The position numbers and the translations under genes are program-made. Positions 11,789 through 23,397 of a stretch of DNA of 64,000 nucleotides are shown in pieces. This stretch comes from Macrostomum lignano. Lineage: Eukaryota. Numbering within the stretch: the first letter of the stretch is position 1; each line of letters begins with the position of its first letter. The stretch is taken from positions 46,846 to 110,845 of the forward strand of contig NIVC01001222.1 of the NCBI GenBank assembly GCA_002269645.1, given 5' to 3'. The notes beneath the pieces were generated by a model. That model was not told where the DNA came from. It ran no database searches and saw nothing but the letters and a program-made list of their open reading frames with translations.

Positions 11789-12772
11789 TCAGCAGTGCTT
11801 GGTTATGAGCCACTCCGCCCCGTCAGCCGCTTGCTTGGAGTCGATGGGGTACAGCAGCAGCAGAGGCCAGTGGTACCAGTCACCCAGCGCCACTCGCATG
11901 TTGTCCCACACGCCAAGATTGTAGCGTCTCAGGTTGCAGCCCATCTCGAAAAAGGTCTGACCTCGCAGCACTAGGACAGTCTCAAGGAAGAAGTAGACAC
12001 ATGTGACGCCAAGGCAGCCAATCTGCAGGTACACGCTGAGCACCAGGACAACGTTAACCAGGTAGCTGTAGTCACTAAACAGCCTCCACAAGGTGACGGG
12101 TAGGAAGAGATTACCAGGTAGTTGGAACTGATCAGTCAGGTTGATTGACGTCAGGCAGATCCCCATTGACAGGCCGATGGTGCTGTAGACGCACATCACC
12201 AGGAAGTGCTTCTGGTTGTGGTGCCCGATGCAGCAGCTGGTGAAGTAGCAGTGATGGTCGCGGCGCAGCACGCACTCGCCGCAGATTTTGCAGTGATGCG
12301 ACCGCGGCGGAGCGTCTCGCTGGCAGTGCGGACAGGCGCGCCAGCCCTCCTGCATCCGGGTCGGCTTGGCCGCGGCAGCAGCCGTGACCACCTGATTGGG
12401 CTGGTTGCAGTGGAAGCAGTAGACAATGTCTTTGTCATGGTGCCGATTGATGCAGGCCATGAAGTTCATAAAGTTCTCGGCCATCACAAACAGAATGATG
12501 AAGAGGAATCCGGCAAACTCCACAGCGGTCAGGCCCAGCGTCGGCAGGACGAATATTATGCAGTAGACTGGTACAGCCAGCAGGCAGAAAAAGAACGAAA
12601 ATACTCCCATGCGATGCAGGTGGTAAGGTTTTGTAGTGAAATCGCGATTGTTGTAATGCTCCTTCCACTGCTCAATCAGTGTTGGCTCCTTGCTTTGATT
12701 AGATTCCACAGATTTGTTGTCATTGCCTGCTGGCCGCTTGGTGACTTGGGAGCTTGTTGAGGACATCTTCAT
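11789..12772 (-). CDS. DHHC-type palmitoyl acyltransferase (ZDHHC22/24-like), 327 aa, intronless
   Basis: Complete CRD: CPHCQRDAPPRSHHCKICGECVLRRDHHCYFTSCCIGHHNQKHF, flanked by hydrophobic TM segments; C-terminal GQTFFE (TTxE-like) and YNLGVWDNMRVALG motifs. Confidence 0.93.
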   Translation of the reverse strand: MKMSSTSSQVTKRPAGNDNKSVESNQSKEPTLIEQWKEHYNNRDFTTKPYHLHRMGVFSFFFCLLAVPVYCIIFVLPTLGLTAVEFAGFLFIILFVMAENFMNFMACINRHHDKDIVYCFHCNQPNQVVTAAAAAKPTRMQEGWRACPHCQRDAPPRSHHCKICGECVLRRDHHCYFTSCCIGHHNQKHFLVMCVYSTIGLSMGICLTSINLTDQFQLPGNLFLPVTLWRLFSDYSYLVNVVLVLSVYLQIGCLGVTCVYFFLETVLVLRGQTFFEMGCNLRRYNLGVWDNMRVALGDWYHWPLLLLYPIDSKQAADGAEWLITKHC

Positions 12773-15700
12773 GAAGTGAAAGATAAGTTTGCATAGGTAG
12801 GTTTAAACTTGATTTTGAGATAATGTAAAGATGGTAGCAAAATCCATTATGAGATACTCTAGATAAAATTTGGACTAGCTAGTCAAATAATGATAAAAAC
12901 AATGATATATTCTATTTTTCGCTGATCACCTACTTTACTTAAATGGACTTAAATTTAACTTAAATTAAATTTATTTGCAATAAGCTAAGTGCTGGATAGA
13001 TAGCAACATTTGAGGTGTGGGTAAGGATCACATATATCAAATAGTATGTAAAGCTAAACTGTTGAGAATCGAAGACATTTTGATATTCCTATCAATTGAA
13101 TAGTCTTTCAACACATGAAAAGGGCGGTGCTATTGACATTTGATAGATTCTTTTGTATATTTTTCTTGAGGATATCAAATCTACTTTATATCATTATATG
13201 TTGAAAATTCATTGATTCATTATTTTCTAAGCGTGGGAATTTTGAGTACAAAATTTTAAGTGCATTCTTTCTAGACAATTAAAAATGTATTGGTAAAAAG
13301 AAAACGCTATCCAAATTGGTAAAATAGTTAAAATTTACAGGGTTGCACACAAACAGACAGACAAACCTTAGAGGTTTAATAATACATGTTAGAGTTCTTT
13401 AATGAAAAATCTCGACTAAACAATGCACGGTCAAAAAATAGTGCACACTAGTTGCACTTAGCATAACAAAGTTGAAACCCTCGTTTAGACTTTTCTGAAA
13501 GCAAAGCAAAGTATTTGTTTTTTCATTTCAAATGATGCTATTTATTTTAATTAAACATGCTTAGGAATTATGTCTTTAACTAATTTCAACTTTTTTAATT
13601 TTAAATATCATTTTGCTTATAGGGCGAGGTCCGATCGATGAATTCACGTGCACCATGCTTGTTTTGCTTGAGTTTAGTTTACTTTATAAATATAAAAGTG
13701 CTTTGCTGCGATCCAAGTATTTTTGGATTGAGGTTAGTAGGGCCTATTCTGTCCTACCTCTAGCCAAAAATTGATTGCATTCTAAGTTAAACAAATCTTG
13801 TCTTCATTTATCAAAAAATGATAAGTTTAAAATTGGTGTTTGGTGGGGATTCAGTGAGATTTTGACTCGAGGTAGCACCTTTTTAATTTTTTTCTTAACG
13901 TTACCCTCCTGAGTAAGAGACATCCTACCTTTGAAAGTTTTGTTTCTAAGGCCTACTACAACTATTTTTGTATAACTTTTGTAGTTGGTAGGCCCTAACT
14001 TATAGGGCCTATAAAAAGGACTCAAATTTTTTTAGAAATCCCAAGTTTTTATGATACTGATTTTTAGGCCTAGGCTATGTGTTCTGAGTGCAGCAACATC
14101 AAACCTTCTAAAATTGGTCAAGTATTAAAAATTTATAAATATTTTTATGAGAGTGCCATCAAAATAGCTAGCACTCTTTTCAAATATTCATTTAACTTGA
14201 AATTGTGCTATTCAAGGCTATACCTTCTAGTCTAGGTTTTTTGTGCAATAGGCCTAAGGATGCTATCTCAACTCTCCAAATTGTTAGTTTATAGGGCATA
14301 GGGGGAATAGCTAAGATGTCAATGCTCATAAGAAAATAACTAAAATGTCAAAACTAAAGTCAAAAGCTATAGGGTATAGCTATGTAGTTTATTCAAAACT
14401 TTTTATTACAATATTTGTTGGCTCTTCATGGGGAGAGGTCACTGATAGAAAAAGCATTATGTCAAAATTAAGAGATTCATTTGGGAATTATTATAATATC
14501 AAGGCTCGGAGGGAATTGCTTATTGCTATAATGCTATAATGCTATAATTACTCTTAAGGAGAATTATTGAAATGTCAATGCTTTAAAGTTAAGATAGGGT
14601 TAGAAGGTTGACAAGAGATTTTTAAGATTTCAAGGCTTATTGGGGTTATCACTAAGATGTCAAAGGGGAAGTTGATATATTAAGGCTTATAGGAAGGATT
14701 GCTAAGATATCAAGGCTTACAAAGGATTGCTATTTGTTGCAGTAATTGCAGAGATGCTATATAGAGTTTATTAAAAATAAGGAGTGCTAATTGCCAGTTG
14801 TATCTTGAAATTAGACCTTGGATATGATTTTGCATCTTAGTGCTAGCAAAAAAGCCCAGCCTATGGCCATTTCATAGTGTAGCTATTTTGCATATGGCCA
14901 ATTTAAGATATATCTAACAAAAAGAGTTACATTTTTGTGATATTTTTAATACTTTTTGTATGTTAAAAGAAAGGCAAAGGCAAGTTGTCAAATTGACAAT
15001 CCACATTAAAAATAAAAGAAAAACAAAATTAAAAAAATATAAAAAATAATATAAACAAGCCAAATTGTTTATAGTAGGATTAGGAATCAAATCTGTACTA
15101 CAAACCTATAAGTCATATGTCCGATGTTATTAACTGCTAGACTACAACATTAGTGAGGCATATAATAAAATATTTCTGATTTTCCAATTTTAATAAAATA
15201 GTCTAAAGTTGAATTGGGTAGCCTACCTAATAAAAAAGTGTTGGAGTAACTATTAAAAATTACATTAAATATTTGCATTAGGTTCACTTTGTTTTTTTTT
15301 ATAGATTTTTAATGACAACTACATGCCTTCAGTGGTAGGTTTTAACCTTTGTGGCTAGCTAAACTAGGTAATCCCAGCTCATTCCATATAAGATAGACAT
15401 ATTTGGAAAATAGAAAAAAGTCAATATTTTTGCTTGCCATTGCCTAATTAGCCTATTTTTTTACCAAATGTTTATATTGTGCAATATATACAATCTAAGA
15501 ATAAAGGAATGGTAAAATGTTGGATGAGTATGTTTTTGATTGGCAAAAAGTCATTTTTGTAAAAATTTGGACATTTTTCAAAGCAAAAGACATCATTAAG
15601 ATTTCGTACCTTTTAAAAACAAATAGAAAGCTTTTGAAGGTTGAAACAAACTATAGATAAAAGTATAGTACTTGCATCATCAGATAAAAGCATTGGTGAC

Positions 15701-15787
15701 CAAATAATCTATTATATTTTTAATGTATTAGTTCCTCAAAGTTACTGAATTGACAGAAAAAATATGTTACAACCATAATGTTACAAC

Positions 15788-17296
15788 CAGTGGTGGGAGT
15801 GAGGCGCGAATTCGCGCCTGGCGCAAATTTCGGGATTAATGGCGCGAATGCGCGATTTATGAGGCGAGGCGCGATTTTTTTTTATGCTCAATGTGCGAAA
15901 AATGTTAGCTGATTTTGCTTTACTTTGCTCGTGACCCCAAAGTCGAATTTTTTCTTCTATTTTTGGTCGAAGTTTTGTGTCCTCTGCAGAAGTTCGAGCT
16001 GTTGTTCCAACAAGAAGACTGCCAAATATTCCGGCTGTACGAAGTGCTGAATGACCTGACACGCTGCTGGCTGTTGCGCTTTGTCTCGCCAGTCAAACTA
16101 CCCGCCAAAGTCTGGAAGCTGGATTTAAAGGACAGTTCGATTTGGCTGCCCCATCTGCAAATTGGCATGGGGGAGCAGGCCAGGCGTCTCTTCATTGAGA
16201 TGTCTGCTAGTGACCAACAGGCCTGTCTAGCTTCGGTGAAAGCGTTCTTTGTAAAGGGAACAGAGAAACTCTTTGAATATTTGCCGCTGAGCAGCTCCAC
16301 TCTTCGTGCCTGCCAACTGCTGGATCCGAAAAAGCAGACAAACGATCAGTTTGTTCAGTGGGTTGATACCATTGCCAGGCAGCTACCGACAATCATGACA
16401 GCAAGCGAGCTCGACACGTTGCGAGTTGAGGCTCATGCTCATCAACAAGATGTGCTGATTGCTGAGTTAGACATTGAATCCAAATCGGCTAGTAACTTCT
16501 GGGGAAAGGTCGCCGCAGTTGGCAATCGCCCACTTCTTATGTGCATAGTACGTGTGTTATTCGTCTTGCCGCACGGCAACGCAGAAGTCAAGAGAATTTT
16601 CAGCAATCTTAATGATGTCGTTACAAAGAAGCGCTCCAGTCTTGGAGCGCACACCATTAAGGCACTAGTCATCGCGCGCTCTTGCCTTGCTGCTAAATGT
16701 TGGACAGCTGCTACGCTACCAGTCTCGCTTAGGTTGCAGAACCTGTGCAACAGCGCCTATGCTGCGTACCGACGACGGCTGGAAGAAGAGAAGCAAGAAG
16801 AGGAGCGCAAGAAGAGGGAAGAGCTCGAGAAGAGTGTCCTCTCCGAAATTCGAAATGAGAAAAGCGCAAGCAAGACATTCACAGACTTAGAAAATTCTGT
16901 TCTGGAGACTAACGAGCAGATAAAGAAGAAGCAGAAGCAGAGGGATGACGCTCAAAAGCTGTTGCTGGAAATGACTAATTCGAAGGAGGACCGAGATCGT
17001 GAGCTGGACGACCTGCGACACAGACAAGACAAGCTGCAGAAGAAGAAGCTGAAACAGGCCGAGAAAATCACTGAGACGGTGCTCAAGCGTCGAGCTATTG
17101 AGCAGTCATTGTCGAACCCTCTGCCAGAAAGCGTTCAACAGAAAAAGTTCCGCTCTGGATAACAACTACACAGAGTTACTCTTTTGAACATTATATAGTC
17201 AATGTATGGCAAAAAAAAGATTGACACAAAAAAACTTGCGGCGCGAAAAAAAATCGTAGGCGCGAAAAAAATGGGCACTCCTCACTCCCACCACTG
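15788..17296 (+). mobile_element. hAT-superfamily DNA transposon, internally deleted
   Basis: 17-bp TIRs cagtggtgggagtgagg / cctcactcccaccactg; 8-bp TSD gttacaac / gttacgac (1 mismatch); subterminal ggcgcgaa repeats at both ends. Confidence 0.92.
15915..17162 (+). pseudogene. C-terminal part of a hAT transposase (dimerisation domain + charged coiled coil); BED finger and N-terminal catalytic part absent
   Basis: 415-codon open frame with FW..V...RPLLMCIVRVLFVLPHGNAEVKRIFSNLNDVVTKKRSSL (hATC; the usual SNAxxERxFS has K at the E position). Confidence 0.8.
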
Positions 17297-18858
17297 GTTA
17301 CGACCATAAGGCTGCCTTTTCTTTTGTATTTTTGTTGCCTTTTGAGTTTATATATTCTAATAAAAAAGTATGATTTCTAAAGATGTTCTTAGTCAAATTT
17401 TAAAAATGTATTGCAAAATATAAAAAATGAAAAATGTTATAAGCCTTTTACCTTTTAGTTTCTATATGTCAAAAATCCTGTCGTTACGACCATAAGTGTC
17501 ATTTAAGGTTTAATAGCATCTATACTAATGATGATATCTATATGAAACTCTATAAATATATTCTAGACAAAATAATCTTTCATTTAAAATGATGGTTTAG
17601 TATATTCTATTATTAGATTTCATTTTATAAGTAAAAATAACCTGTCATGTTACGACCATGCTTATATGGAATGAGCCTCCCCATAGATCAAGAATCAATA
17701 CCTAATTATAACCTATTAATTGCCTAATTGCCTAATTACTTAAATCAATTCTTATGAAGAATTTTTCTAGATCTCTAAAAGTAGACGTTATAAAACTAAA
17801 TCAAAATAAACTAGGCCTATTTATGGTATATCATGTGCAAATACAATGTCTGATTTATATTAGCCAAAACAGTTTGTTTAAAAATAAGACTTAATTATAG
17901 TTGCAACCAATATAATTTTATAAAAAAATAATGTAGAATTGTTTTTATACCATTTTTTATTGGATGCTATTATTTTCTATTTTTTTTGCTTGGCACTACT
18001 ATGAATAATTTCCCAGTAACTCAATGGGTGCCGTAATTCCCTTTAGTCATTGGTCATAGTCCTTTAGTGCTACCCTGTGTTTGCTGTATGGCATTTGAGG
18101 GTATGAATTTCTATGCCTTTAAATTATTTTGTCAATTCCAATTGGTATTGATGCAGAAAAATAGATAGAAATATTGTATAAAAGTTTAAATAAATAATAT
18201 TTCTAAGACTTGCAGCTATATAAAATACATTATTTCTAATACAAAATATTTTCTACGAGTCAGTTACTTAGGCAAAAGAGGGTAATAAAGCTATAAAATA
18301 TATCAAAATACAGAAATAATATAAATAAATTGAAGTTTAAGTCCTCTCAGCACAGTGGCTAGTTCTTATTTCTTCTGAAACTTTGGCAGCTTGCCCAAAG
18401 CTATTTGTGAGTTTGTCACTGGCCATTTACATGCATTCCTCTTAAAATAAATTGCTCAGTAGTGAGCACTGTATCCTCATGCTTTGATTCCAAGTTTCCA
18501 AGCATGTTTTTGAGGCAATCTAAACTTTCGCCTTAAAATCCGAGCCTCTGTACCATACACTCAGGCCACTCTTTATCCTAATCGCCTATCCAATCCTAGC
18601 ACATTACCCTGACTTGTCTTGCCTTTAACTGACTTTGTACATGAAACAGGATTGTAATAGGAAACGGACTTAGAGCTGGATGGCATACCACTCTGGATGT
18701 GAAGCAGTTGATTTTTTCAAGAAATAGAAGAAATGCATCTCATTAAAATTCATTGCATCGAGAAAGCAACACTCAGTGGGTGCCACTATTCTCTGCAGTC
18801 AGTTTACAAATTGCAACTGAATGTGAGTAATTAATAGCAGCATATTTCTTTTCTTGCC

Positions 18859-21800
18859 ATGTCATCCTCTCTCTTCGTGCTTGACAACAACAGTACTGAC
18901 AGTGACGGCGGCCCTGAGGGTCGCCGCCCACCGCCACCGCAGGCCAGCCGACTTGGCCCAGCTGCATTCGATGATGAAGACGATGCTCTGTTTGCCTCGG
19001 TGCCAATGCCAGACTTCGCTAATGACGATAATGCAGGCCTGGAGGCTGCGGCAGCTGACCCAGCAGTCACTGGTGCCCTGTCCTATGGAGCCGATTGCGA
19101 ACAACGGCCTCAACGGCCGGCACCTTCCACCGTGCCGAAACGACAGCAGAATCGACCGGCGTCCTCTGTCCAAGCATCATCCGATGAGACAGTCTATCCA
19201 GTTGCTCAGTCAACTCAGCTGCCTTCTAGACAGCAGCATCCGCATCAGACACCAAAGCCGAAGCCGCCATCTTCTCATCGGCGCTCATCGTCAGGAAAAT
19301 TTCCCGGGCCAGCTGGTCGACTGCCCCGACTAAAAGTGCCGCCGGATTCTGGTCGCGGCGGCCAGGGCGTGGCGAATGCGTTCGTCGAGGCTGCCAGGAA
19401 GTTGAACGCTGCGGCTTCCGCGGCCGCTGCTGCTGCCGCTGCGTCCAGGTGAACTTTGATGAGGGGGGTTTGACAGAGAAAAAAGCTCTTAGATTCTTAG
19501 TGTCAGATTAGACTGTTCGTTTTAGATTAGACTCTTAGTGTCACATTAGACTCTTAGTGTCAGTTTAGACTGTTCGTGTCAGATTAGACTCTTAGTGTCA
19601 GATTAGAATCTCAGTGTCAGATTAGACTGTTCGTTTTAGATTAGACTCTTAGTGTCAGTTTAGACTGTTCGTGTCAGATTAGACTCTTAGTGTCAGATTA
19701 GACTCTCAGTGTCAGATTAGACTGTTCGTTTTAGATTAGACTCTTAGTGTCAGATTAGACTCTTAGTGTCAGATTAGACTCTTAGTGCCAGATTAGACCT
19801 TTTGTCTTAGTTTAGACTCTTATTGTCAGCTTAGACTGTTTTTACCAGATTAGGCTCTTAGTGTCAGTTTAGACTGTTAGTGTCAGACTAGACTTTTTGT
19901 GTCAGATTAAACATTTAGTGTTAATTTAGACTGTTAGTTTCAGCTCAGACTCGGATTAGTGTCACTCGGATTAGTGTCAGCTCAGACTCGGATTAGTGTC
20001 AGCTCAGACTCAGATTAGTGTCAGCTCAAACTCGGATTAGTGTCAGCTCAGACTCAGATTAGTGTCAGCTCAGACTCAGATTAGTGTCAGCTCAGACTCG
20101 GATTAGTGTCAGCTCAGACTCGGATTAGTGTCAGCTCAGACTCGGATTAGTGTCAGCTCAGACTCTGATCAGTGTCAGCTCAGACTCAGATCAGTGTCAG
20201 CTCAGACTCAGATGAGTGTCAGCTCAGATTCAAGGTCAGTGTCAGCTCAGACTCAGATCAGTGTCAGCTCAGACTCAGGTCAGTGTCAGCTCAGACTCAG
20301 ATCAGTGTCAGCTCAGACTCAGATTAGTGTCAGCTCAGACTCAGATCAGTGTCAGCTCAGACTCAGGTCAGTGTCAGCTCAGACTCAGGTCAGTGTCAGC
20401 TCAGACTCAGGTCAGTGTCAGCTCAGACTCAGGTCAGTGTCAGCTCAGACTCAGGTCAGTGTCAGCTCAGACTCAGATCAGTGTCAGCTCAGACTCAGGT
20501 CAGTGTCAGCTCAGACTCAGGTCAGTGTCAGCTCAGACTCAGATCAGTGTCAGCTCAGACTCAGGTCAGTGTCAGCTCAGACTCAGATCAGTGTCAGCTC
20601 AGACTCAGATCAGTGTCAGCTCAGACTCAGATCAGTGTCAGCTCAGACTCAGATCAGTGTCAGCTCAGACTCAGATCAGTGTCAGCTCAGACTCAGATCA
20701 GTGTCAGCTCAGACTCAGATCAGTGTCAGCTCAGACTCAGGTCAGTGTCAGCTCAGACTCTTAGTATCAGATTATACTAAGTGTCAGTGAAATCTCTTCA
20801 TTATGTTACTCAAATTCTAATCAAATTGCAGACGAGAGGAGCGAGCTGCCACTGCAGCTGCTGGTGCCAGCGCCGTTGTCGCCGCCTCCTCGCAGACGTC
20901 GACAATCTCGAATGCTTCGTCATCGTCTGGCATTGACGAGGAGGCGTCCTGGTGCGCGGCAGCTGCGGACCTCGGGCCGGGTCTTTGCCGCTACCTCAGC
21001 CGCTACAGCATAGCGGAGTCCCTGCGGCTGGCCAGCAGCGGTCAGCTGCCCAGAAACAAAGTGCCAGCCATGCTAGTCATAGTTGAAACCATGGACCCTA
21101 CAGCGGTGGATTGCGCCGCTAGCGTTAAGGACGCCACCGGACGTCTGCAAGCGACGCTGCACCGGCAGGTGTTTCGCGACCTTCGCGATCGGGTGCAACC
21201 CAGTGCGGCTCTGGTGCTCCGTCGCGTCACCCTGTTTAGTCCGGATCAGCGCAGTTACTATCTCAACATCACCATGGACAATATTGTTCGAGTCTACGAT
21301 CGTTCCGGAGCTCCATTGCAGTCGAATTCGTCTGCGACTGCAGCAGCTTCTACGCTTAGCAATGATGAAGTTCAACGCCTGGAAGCTGAGTGCCTGCGGC
21401 CGAGGACTCCGCCGCCGAAGCGCGTGCCTGAGAGTCGGTACGATGTTGCCTCCGACTCAGGTAGCTCTAGTGCTGCTAGTTCGGCTACTCCTGTTAAAAG
21501 GTTCCGGTTTGCACCTGTTGGAACGCCTGAGCAGCATCCCCAGCCTCATCAGTCGCATCCTCAGTCTCGCCAGTCTTATCCTCAGCCTCATCAATCGCAT
21601 CATCAGTCTCGCCAATCTTATCCCCAGCCTCATCAGCCGCATCCGCAATCTCGCCAATCTTATCCTCAGCCTCATCAGCCGCATCCGCAATCTCGCCAAT
21701 CTTATCCCCAGCCTCATCAATCGCATCATCAGTCTCGCCAATCTTATCCCCAGCCTCATCAGCCGCATCCGCAATCTCGCCAATCTTATCTTCAGCCTCA

Positions 21801-22014
21801 TCAGTCGCATCCGCAATCTCGCCAATCTTATCCTCAGCATCCTCAGCCTCATCCTCAATCTCGCCAGTCTTATCCTCAGCATCCTCAGCCTCATCAAAAT
21901 CAACAGCAGCGCAGCAGGCAGTCCTCGGACACTCGAGTATTGCAAGAGTCCTACAGGGAAGCATTCGAAGACAACATGGATGAATTATTGGCCAGCGCTT
22001 TGGACGATATTTGA
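18859..22014 (+). CDS. HROB: Homologous recombination OB-fold protein (MCM8IP/C17orf53), ~590 aa
   Basis: Exons 18859-19448 (AG|gtgaac) and 20832-22014 (ttgcag|A), phase 2. YSIAESLRLASSGQLPRNKVPAMLV..KDATGRLQATLHR..LVLRRVTLFSPDQRSYYLNITMDNIVRVY matches the HROB OB fold as recalled; acidic C-terminal DNMDELLASALDDI. Confidence 0.9.
19490..20787. repeat. Intronic minisatellite: 19-bp unit (gtgtcagattagactctta) grading into a 22-bp unit (gtgtcagctcagactcagatca)
   Basis: Fills nearly all of the HROB intron. Confidence 0.95.
21538..21900 (+). repeat. Coding 42-bp tandem repeat (QPHQSHPQSRQSYP x ~8) in HROB exon 2
   Basis: In-frame, unit divisible by 3, no stops. Confidence 0.85.
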
Positions 22015-22479
22015 AGGTTATTTTTGTGTTTTAACAGGACAAAAGCAATAAAAATCTTTTCTATATATTATATACAGACATTTTTTTCTCTTTCTGAACG
22101 GCTATTTTGTTTCTTGAAGCAGATTTCCATTAGAAATCCTGCATTTCCTTTATATTAAAATTATAGCTATTAATATTTGTTTGTTTAATATAGTCTGAAT
22201 TGGTGCTATGTATGTTCTTAAACTTTTTTACACGTGTCTTTGTTGACAAAACGTCACTGTTGTACTTGAATAAGCCTGATTTTTGTCGCATTTATTTATG
22301 CTGCTGTTTAAAACCAATGAATAGTAAAAAGTTGAGTTTCCGTTCATTTATTCATAGTTAATATATATATACCTGGTATATATATAGTTGGGTTTGCATT
22401 CTGCTTTTGCGACTTTTTCGTTTAAAAAATAAGTTACTCATCTAAACACTTACAACTACCCTAATTTCCTATGACTACC

Positions 22480-23372
22480 TGTCAGACTCACCAGCCCGTC
22501 TACCCAATCGTATCTGTCTGTCTAACTGCCTTTGTAGTGTTTTCCTACCTACTTACCTTCCTTGCTCATATTTACCTGCCTATCTGCCTCGTCGCATCTA
22601 CCTAATTACCTACCTGTATACGAGATGCCTACCTACCTACCTACCTACCTACCTACCTGCCTACCTACGTACCTACCCATGTAGCTACCTACCTACCTAC
22701 CCATGTAGCTACCCACCTTCCGACCTACCTACCTACCTATGTTGCTACCTACCTATCTTCTCTCCTCTCTCCCCTCTTCTCTCCTCTCTCCCCTCTTCTC
22801 TCCTCTCCCATCCCCTCTCCTCTCCTCTTCTCTCCTTTCTCTCCTCTACCTACCGCTCTACTTATGTAGCTACCTACCTACCTACCTACCACCCTTTGTA
22901 GCTACCTACCTACCTACCTACCACCCTTTGTAGCTACCTACCTACCTACCTACCTAAGTAGCTACCTAACTACCTACCACCCTACCTTTGTAGCTACCTA
23001 CCTAACTACCTACCAACCTACCTACCTACCTACATACCTAACTACCTACCTACCTACCTATGTAGCTACCCACCTACGCACCTATCTACCTACCTACCTA
23101 CCTACCTACCTACCTACCTACCTACCTACCTCCCTACCTACCTACCTAACTACCTACCTACCTATGTAGCTACCCACCTACGCACCTATCTACCTACCTA
23201 CCTACCTATCTGCCTATGTAGCTACCTACCTACCTACGCACCTACCTACATGTATGTGTAGCTACTTACCTACCTACCTACCAATGTAGCTGTCTAATAC
23301 CTACCTATATATGTAGCTACCTACCTACCCACCCACGTACCTACCTGTCTACCTATCTACCTACCTACCTAA
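22480..23372. repeat. (CTAC)n microsatellite with atgtag interruptions and a CT-rich block
   Basis: Read directly; ends just before the acceptor tcttgcag|ccATG of UROD. Confidence 0.95.
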
Positions 23373-23397
23373 CAGCCCATTAACGCGTCTTGCAGCC

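Larger units (their letters stand above)
15377..17676. mobile_element. Outer non-autonomous element (MITE-like, ~780 bp before the hAT insertion)
   Basis: Perfect 16-bp inverted ends gctcattccatataag (15377-15392) and cttatatggaatgagc (17661-17676); internal gttac(a/g)accat repeats at ~15767, 17297, 17483, 17649. Confidence 0.55.

Noticed and set aside
12206-12760. 184-aa + strand ORF, and similar antisense ORFs over HROB, ORC1 and GINS4
   Set aside because: Shadows of GC-rich coding sequence on the opposite strand; no motifs.
18350-18800. Possible decayed retroelement coding relic upstream of HROB
   Set aside because: No recognisable motif in the frames I read.
20128-20790. Three overlapping + strand ORFs (SVSAQTQ repeats)
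   Set aside because: 22-bp intronic satellite lacking stops in several frames.
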